From UHGV virus genome UHGV-0113374: a DNA stretch of 10,385 bases. One strand, given 5' to 3'. Positions 5,443 to 10,385 of the stretch are shown piece by piece. The notes below the pieces were generated by a model. It was not told the DNA's origin. It ran no database searches and saw only the letters and a list, made by a program, of their open reading frames with translations. The DNA comes from a virus. The position numbers were made by a program, and so were the translations under genes. Positions within the stretch are counted from its first letter, which is position 1. Each line of letters begins with the position of its first letter.

Positions 5443-5588
5443 TGACAAAACCACTCAGTCCTTACCAGGACAAAATTCACAAACACATACTACGTGATCG
5501 CTTCCTGTCCAGCTTCAAGCAGCCTGGTCGATTCCGGGCTGAGTTGGAAAAAGTGAAGCTGATGCAGAAGGAGAAAGGTCATGAGTAA
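5442..5588 (+). CDS. hypothetical small basic protein (48 aa)
   Basis: GAGGAGG SD then ATG 5442, overlapping the upstream stop (TAATG); ends 8 nt inside the initiator gene; below track cutoff. Confidence 0.35.
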   Translation: MTKPLSPYQDKIHKHILRDRFLSSFKQPGRFRAELEKVKLMQKEKGHE

Positions 5589-6441
5589 TCTTGCAACCGT
5601 AACACATTTAAGGCCTTCACAACGGCCTGTGGAGCGTCGTGTGGCAGAAGTTGAAGATGGTTATACCCGTCTTGCAAATGCCCTGTATGAAGAGCTTATC
5701 GGCGCAGATTTAACGAAAAATCAGAGCAAGGTTGCCCACGCCATATGCCGTAAAACATACGGCTACGGTAAAAAGATGGATCGCATCTCTGATAGTCAGT
5801 TAGCTCAAATTACCAGGCTGCCAAGACAGAAGGTAAACAAGGCCAAGAATGAGCTTATCGCGATGAAGGTTATCCTTCGCGAAGGCCAGCAAATCGGGCC
5901 TAACAAGAACATCGAGGAATGGCAAATCGAAGGGTGTCACTACTCTGGTGATAATGTCACCGCATTGGTGACAAAAAGTGTCACCAAAACGGTGACAGCG
6001 CTGTCACCAAAACAGGGACACACAAAAGAAACTATTACAAAAGAAAAAAGAAATAATAAAAACACTATGTCCGAAAGTGTTCGGACGGAGTGTGAAAAAT
6101 CACCTGACCGTCACGAAGAAACCGACAAGGCATTCGAGGAAATATTCTGGTGTGCAGGCATGCGGAAAGCCGGGAAGAAAAACGCAGCTTCGGCATTCAG
6201 AACACAGTTCAGGGAATGGCGTAAAACTACCAGGGGTACGGCAAGCGAGTTTGCCACGATGCTGGCAGAAGACATCGCATGCAGGAATGGTAAGCAGTTC
6301 GGATTCGACAGGTTGTTACCATCGAGCTACCTGAACGGTCAGCGCTGGAACGACGAAAAGCCAGAAACCATTCAACCACAATCCAAACCATCATCCGCAA
6401 TCACCGTATCGAAAACTGGCTACGTGTTTTTCGACAGGTGA
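5581..6441 (+). CDS. replication initiator, lambda O-like N-terminal origin-binding domain with an unrelated C-terminal domain
   Basis: 286-aa ORF; N-terminal [56 protein letters not shown]...GPNKNIEEW resembles the lambda O N-terminal domain; iterons lie inside the coding sequence. Confidence 0.8.
   Translation: MSNLATVTHLRPSQRPVERRVAEVEDGYTRLANALYEELIGADLTKNQSKVAHAICRKTYGYGKKMDRISDSQLAQITRLPRQKVNKAKNELIAMKVILREGQQIGPNKNIEEWQIEGCHYSGDNVTALVTKSVTKTVTALSPKQGHTKETITKEKRNNKNTMSESVRTECEKSPDRHEETDKAFEEIFWCAGMRKAGKKNAASAFRTQFREWRKTTRGTASEFATMLAEDIACRNGKQFGFDRLLPSSYLNGQRWNDEKPETIQPQSKPSSAITVSKTGYVFFDR
5935..6020. repeat. four 19-bp origin iterons (5935-5953, 5955-5973, 5979-5997, 6002-6020)
   Basis: tgtcactactctggtgata, tgtcaccgcattggtgaca, tgtcaccaaaacggtgaca, tgtcaccaaaacagggaca; each has TGTCACC/GGTGACA dyad symmetry; 20-24 bp periodicity. 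Confidence 0.7.
6021..6066. other. A-rich tract next to the iterons (putative origin unwinding element)
   Basis: cacaaaagaaactattacaaaagaaaaaagaaataataaaaacact immediately 3' of the fourth iteron, as in lambda ori. Confidence 0.5.
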
Positions 6442-6444
6442 ACC

Positions 6445-6552
6445 ATGAAATCAAAAATCAAATCGCTACTGGTCGCTGGTTATAACCACGGCTGGTTAAG
6501 TATTTCGTTTGTCGATTTCTGGTTTAAAAATCTCAATCTGAGGGAATCATGA
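6445..6552 (+). CDS. possible small ORF (35 aa) bridging the initiator and helicase genes
   Basis: AGGTGA SD then ATG 6445; stop overlaps the helicase ATG (ATGA); hydrophobic; could equally be untranslated leader. Confidence 0.25.
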   Translation: MKSKIKSLLVAGYNHGWLSISFVDFWFKNLNLRES

Positions 6553-8429
6553 CGCCAAGTGAACTTAGCGACCTGCTTTGGGCGCAGGTTGACAGGGTGG
6601 CTCCGCACCTGTTGCCAAACGGCAAGAAAGAGGGGCATGAGTGGGTTGCCGGTAACGTCAACGGTGACAAGGGAAACAGCCTTAAGGTCAACCTTAGCGG
6701 CAAGAAAAAATGGGCTGATTTCGCTGAGGGAGACGGCGGTGACATGCTTGATTTGTGGATGGCATGTCGTGGAATTAACCTGCATCAGGCTATGCAGGAA
6801 GCGAAAGCATTTCTCGGTATCAAGGATGACGATCACCATTTCGATGCCAGACGTGAGAAGAAATTCTCCAGACCTGATCGCAAGAAAATCGCCCGCTACG
6901 TTACCAGAACAGAATCCCATCTTGAGTACCTGCAATCGCGTGGCATATCGCCAGAAATCGTAAAGCGCTACGAGGTTGTCAGCGGCAAGGTGTGGAATGG
7001 AGAGCGAGAACTGGATGCTCTGGTGATTCCGTACAAACGCGATGGTGAGTTGTTGCAGGTCAAGCGAATCAGCACTGAGCGCCCGGACGGGAAGAAAGTC
7101 ATTATGGCAGAAGGTGATTGCGAACCTTGTCTGTTCGGATGGCAGGCTCTGGACGCTGGCGTGAGGGCGGTTGTACTTTGCGAAGGCGAAATTGATTGTA
7201 TGAGCTATGCGCAATACGGCATCTCGGCGTTATCCGTGCCGTTTGGTGGAGGGAAAGGCGCTAAGCAACAGTGGATTGAGTTTGAGTATCACAACCTCGA
7301 CAGGTTTGAGGAAATATTCATCTCGATGGACGTTGATGATGTTGGTCGTGAAGCCGCAAGGGAAATCGCAAGCCGACTCGGTGAACATCGTTGCCGTCTT
7401 GTTACTCTGCCGTACAAAGACATCAACGAATGCCTGATGAACGGTGTTACCGAGGATGAAATCTGGCAGTACATCGGCACGGCATCCTACTTCGATCCTG
7501 AAGAACTCTACAGTGCGCGAGAGTTTTACCAGGACACTATCAACGCTTTCTACGGCAAGCAGCAGTATCTGTTTAATCCACCGTGGGAATCTCTGGCAGA
7601 TAAATTCCAGTTCCGTGAGGCCGAGTTGACGCTGGTCAATGGTGTGAACGGTCACGGAAAAACGGAGGTTGTCGGGCATATGGCACTTGAGGCAATGCGT
7701 CAGGGTGTGAAGACATGCATCGCGTCACTTGAGCTGAAGCCTGGTATTCTCCTTAAGCGCCTTACCCGTCAGGCGACGTGCTGCAAGATGCCGCCAGTGC
7801 TGGAAATTGACTCTGCATTTAAATTTTATGACGAAAGACTTTGGGTGTTTGGCCTGACCGGAACGGCGAAAGCCGACAGGCTGATCGAAATATTCGACTA
7901 CGCTCGCCGCCGATACGGCATCCAGTTATTCATCATCGACAGCCTGATGAAATGCGGCATAGGTGACGATGACTATAACGGGCAGAAAGCATTTGTTGAC
8001 TCGATTTGTGACTTCAAAAACAAAACAAACTCCCACGTCATTCTCGTTACTCACTCCAGAAAAGGAGACAGCGAAGAAAAACCAACCGGGAAAATGGACG
8101 TAAAAGGCTCTGGAGCGATAACAGACCTGACAGACAACCTTTTTATCATCTGGCGTAACAAGGCTCGCGAGAGAGCGTTACAGAGAGTTCAGAGTGGTGA
8201 AAAGATGTCAGAGAAGGACGAACAGCTACTGGCATCTCCGGCATCTGTTTTGATGCTTGAAAAACAACGTAACGGCGAAGGTTGGGAAGGTGGTGTCCCG
8301 TTGTTCCTTGACGAGCAATCGCACCAGTTCCTGCAACTTGAATCAGGATCGCCATATAGCTACATCGCCAATATGCCGAAATCGGAATATGACGAGGCGT
8401 GGCGACAGGAAAACGTGACGGAGTATTAA
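6549..8429 (+). CDS. bifunctional DNA primase-helicase (TOPRIM primase domain fused to DnaB-type SF4 helicase domain)
   Basis: 626-aa ORF with GAGGGA SD; TOPRIM-like VVLCEGEIDCMSYAQYG and MDVDDVG; Walker A GVNGHGKTEV; Walker B LFIIDSLMK; ILVTHSRKG motif; N-terminal region has primase Zn-ribbon-like spacing but lacks the Cys ligands. Confidence 0.85.
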   Translation: MTPSELSDLLWAQVDRVAPHLLPNGKKEGHEWVAGNVNGDKGNSLKVNLSGKKKWADFAEGDGGDMLDLWMACRGINLHQAMQEAKAFLGIKDDDHHFDARREKKFSRPDRKKIARYVTRTESHLEYLQSRGISPEIVKRYEVVSGKVWNGERELDALVIPYKRDGELLQVKRISTERPDGKKVIMAEGDCEPCLFGWQALDAGVRAVVLCEGEIDCMSYAQYGISALSVPFGGGKGAKQQWIEFEYHNLDRFEEIFISMDVDDVGREAAREIASRLGEHRCRLVTLPYKDINECLMNGVTEDEIWQYIGTASYFDPEELYSAREFYQDTINAFYGKQQYLFNPPWESLADKFQFREAELTLVNGVNGHGKTEVVGHMALEAMRQGVKTCIASLELKPGILLKRLTRQATCCKMPPVLEIDSAFKFYDERLWVFGLTGTAKADRLIEIFDYARRRYGIQLFIIDSLMKCGIGDDDYNGQKAFVDSICDFKNKTNSHVILVTHSRKGDSEEKPTGKMDVKGSGAITDLTDNLFIIWRNKARERALQRVQSGEKMSEKDEQLLASPASVLMLEKQRNGEGWEGGVPLFLDEQSHQFLQLESGSPYSYIANMPKSEYDEAWRQENVTEY

Positions 8430-8528
8430 ATGACCATCTACATCACTGAGCTAATAACAGGGGCTATTTACACAGTGGCCCTTTTTTATTGGATTAAGAA
8501 CGAGGGGGATCCTGATGGACACCGTTAA
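8430..8528 (+). CDS. possible small hydrophobic peptide (32 aa)
   Basis: ATG directly after the helicase stop; MTIYITELITGAIYTVALFYWIK...; overlaps the start of the next ORF; weak support. Confidence 0.25.
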   Translation: MTIYITELITGAIYTVALFYWIKNEGDPDGHR

Positions 8529-8718
8529 CGGAATGTGTTCAGACGCACCGCGTGCCAAAAAATGTAAATGCGGAAAATCACCGACAATATTTGACATGGA
8601 GAGCGGGTGCCAAATCTACTGCGCTAACCACGCCGCTGTGGCGGCCGCGAATTATCGCAGTGCGGTAACGGAGTGGAATAACCTGAAATCTGTTAGAGAG
8701 GGAAGTCATGAATCTTGA
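8515..8718 (+). CDS. hypothetical Cys-rich small protein (67 aa, CxC...C-x3-C)
   Basis: ORF track; GAGGGGGA SD before ATG 8515; cysteine pattern KKCKCGKSPTIFDMESGCQIYCANH. Confidence 0.55.
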   Translation: MDTVNGMCSDAPRAKKCKCGKSPTIFDMESGCQIYCANHAAVAAANYRSAVTEWNNLKSVREGSHES

Positions 8719-8890
8719 CGAGCAAGATGCACAAACTATTAGCTCATACATAAGGGCATCAAGACCAGATTACAAAGGTCCGGTATTCGTAGATTTATCT
8801 CGCCTTGAGGAGATTTACATGTGGGAAGCAAAGCTACGTACGCATTTTTTTATTCGTAAGATGACTAGCAACATTACAAAACCAATGTAA
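8708..8890 (+). CDS. hypothetical protein (60 aa)
   Basis: ORF track; GAGGGAAG SD before ATG 8708; overlaps the previous ORF by 11 nt. Confidence 0.5.
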   Translation: MNLDEQDAQTISSYIRASRPDYKGPVFVDLSRLEEIYMWEAKLRTHFFIRKMTSNITKPM

Positions 8891-8904
8891 CTGGAGAGGT
8901 GAAT

Positions 8905-9120
8905 ATGAGCACACTCGCAGACCTTATTCATGCCGATATGGCGGAAGATGGAGCAAGGCGTAATAGGTACTGGAAATCATCAAGCCTTCCAGTTTGTGAA
9001 AGATTCAACCACAGGCCAAAACCAAAACGTAGCCGGCGAGACAAAGTGTTGAAAAAACTCATGCAAATTAACATGGCTGGTTTTGTCAGATTCGTGAGTG
9101 AAACGACTAACGGGGATTGA
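8905..9120 (+). CDS. hypothetical basic protein (71 aa from ATG 8905; track starts at GTG 8899)
   Basis: ORF track 8899..9120; GGAGAGG SD favours ATG 8905; basic stretch RPKPKRSRRDK. Confidence 0.5.
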   Translation: MSTLADLIHADMAEDGARRNRYWKSSSLPVCERFNHRPKPKRSRRDKVLKKLMQINMAGFVRFVSETTNGD

Positions 9121-9121
9121 T

Positions 9122-9475
9122 ATGGACGAATCAAGAAAGTCTTTCGAGCAATGGGCATCAAAGCAATTCAATATCTCAGTAGAGGAAATTGTTAATAAGC
9201 GAATGCTGGGTGATTACCTGCACAACCCAGACTTACATAATGCATGGCAAGCATGGATAGATAGCAGGGCGGCAATAGAAATTGAGCTACCAAAGCCTCA
9301 TGCACATCTTATATGGATTCAGGCTGGTCATGCGCCTGACGATTATTGGGATGATGTGGCGGTGTCATATAGCGAAAAGGATAAATGCTGCGACGGTTCA
9401 GACCGCTATCCTGTGCATGCTGGATGGGAAATTGAAGAGGTTCTTCGCGCCGCTGGAATCAAAGTGAAGGAGTGA
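9122..9475 (+). CDS. hypothetical protein (117 aa from ATG 9122; track starts at GTG 9098)
   Basis: ORF track 9098..9475; ATG 9122 follows the upstream stop by 1 nt and has a GGGGA SD-like run; GTG 9098 has none. Confidence 0.55.
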   Translation: MDESRKSFEQWASKQFNISVEEIVNKRMLGDYLHNPDLHNAWQAWIDSRAAIEIELPKPHAHLIWIQAGHAPDDYWDDVAVSYSEKDKCCDGSDRYPVHAGWEIEEVLRAAGIKVKE

Positions 9476-9479
9476 GTAT

Positions 9480-9734
9480 ATGCCATTTATAAAATTAACC
9501 ATGCAATGCAGCATCTATCAGCCACCAAGCACAGGCGTGATAGAAAGCACCAGAAGTGCATATGAGCCCTTGTACGTTAACTCTGACAACATCGAAACCC
9601 TATTTGAGGCCGGGATTACGATTGTAAGAATGGCAAGTGGTGAGCGGTTCGATGTTATTGAGAAACCAGAAGCTATTTTGGCGTTAATTAATCCATGCGT
9701 GCAGAAGGTGAGCAATGAGGAAACTAACGTTTGA
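9480..9734 (+). CDS. hypothetical protein (84 aa)
   Basis: ORF track; GAAGGAG SD before ATG 9480; overlaps the ninB start by 20 nt. Confidence 0.5.
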   Translation: MPFIKLTMQCSIYQPPSTGVIESTRSAYEPLYVNSDNIETLFEAGITIVRMASGERFDVIEKPEAILALINPCVQKVSNEETNV

Positions 9735-10155
9735 ACTAAGAAGCCCCATTCATCAGCAAAACGCTATTCACGCGATACAGCAAATTCTTCCAGACCCAAC
9801 CAAACCAATCGTAGTAACCATTCAGCAACGCAACCGCAGCTTAGACCAGAATCGAAAGCTTTGGGCTTGCCTTGGTGACGTCTCTCGTCAGGTTGAATGG
9901 CATGGTCGCTGGCTGGATGCAGAAAGCTGGAAGTGTGTGTTTACCGCAGCATTAAAGCAGCAGGATGTTGTTCCTAACCTTGCCGGGAATGGCTTTGTGG
10001 TAATAGGTCAGTCAACCAGCAGGATGCGTGTAGGCGAATTTGCGGAGCTATTAGAGCTTATACAGGCATTCGGTACAGAGCGTGGCGTTAAGTGGTCAGA
10101 CGAAGCGAGACTGGCTCTGGAGTGGAAAGCGAGATGGGGAGATCGGGCAGCATGA
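9715..10155 (+). CDS. ninB: NinB (Orf) recombination-associated protein
   Basis: 146-aa product [146 protein letters not shown] is near-identical to lambda NinB. Confidence 0.9.
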   Translation: MRKLTFELRSPIHQQNAIHAIQQILPDPTKPIVVTIQQRNRSLDQNRKLWACLGDVSRQVEWHGRWLDAESWKCVFTAALKQQDVVPNLAGNGFVVIGQSTSRMRVGEFAELLELIQAFGTERGVKWSDEARLALEWKARWGDRAA

Positions 10156-10325
10156 TGCGATGTTATCGGTGCGGTGAATGCAAAGAAGATAACCGCTTCC
10201 GACCAAATCAACCTTACTGGAATCGATGGTGTCTCCGGTGTGAAAGAACACCAACAGGGGTGTTACCACTACCGCAGGAAAAGGAGGACGTGTGGCGAGA
10301 CAGCGACGAAGTATCACCGACATAA
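10152..10325 (+). CDS. ninD: NinD-like small Cys-rich protein (57 aa)
   Basis: ATG 10152 overlaps the ninB stop (ATGA); [57 protein letters not shown]; the track ORF starts at an upstream alternative codon at 10092. Confidence 0.7.
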   Translation: MMRCYRCGECKEDNRFRPNQPYWNRWCLRCERTPTGVLPLPQEKEDVWRDSDEVSPT

Positions 10326-10385
10326 TCTGTGAAAACTGCAAATACCTTCCAACGAAACGCTCCAGAAATAAACGCAAGCCAATCC
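10292..10385 (+). CDS. ninE: NinE-like protein, 5' portion only (runs off the window end)
   Basis: AAGGAGG SD then GTG 10292; translation (V/M)[30 protein letters not shown] resembles the lambda NinE N-terminus. Confidence 0.5.
   Translation, partial: MARQRRSITDIICENCKYLPTKRSRNKRKPI

Noticed and set aside
6077-6334. 85-aa plus-strand ORF in an alternative frame inside the initiator gene
   Set aside because: GTG start with no SD; fully overlaps the initiator CDS in a different frame; Arg/Ser-rich translation typical of an off-frame artefact.
6480-7214. 244-aa minus-strand ORF, plus the 149-aa ORF at 7230..7679 and shorter ones, antisense to the primase-helicase gene
   Set aside because: They lie entirely within the well-supported 626-aa helicase gene on the opposite strand, have no recognisable motifs or SD, and have low-complexity Ser/Leu/Arg-rich composition typical of antisense frames.
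1-10385. Checked for tRNA, CRISPR array, integrase, att site, IS element or transposase
   Set aside because: No T-loop or cloverleaf candidates, no regularly spaced direct repeats with spacers, and no recombinase or transposase motifs were seen; the only repeat arrays are the origin iterons and the operator sites.

Overview
This window is the early-regulatory core of a lambdoid temperate phage or prophage, apparently enterobacterial. All homology calls come from reading the translated ORFs and motifs by eye; no search or computation was run. Layout: (1) a leftward pL operon on the minus strand with N and nutL, then small accessory genes, an ea10-like reading frame broken by two in-frame stops, and a CIII-like gene; (2) the immunity region with CI repressor, Cro, and tripartite OL and OR operators built from 15-bp ATCACA-N3-YGTGTT sites; (3) a rightward pR operon on the plus strand with nutR, cII, a three-ORF insertion, an O-like initiator carrying origin iterons, a TOPRIM primase fused to a DnaB-type helicase, small Cys-rich genes, then ninB, ninD and the start of ninE. 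No tRNA, rRNA, CRISPR array, integrase or transposase was seen. The most notable items are the ea10-like pseudogene, the non-lambda replication module, and the gene insertions between cII and the initiator and between the helicase and ninB.
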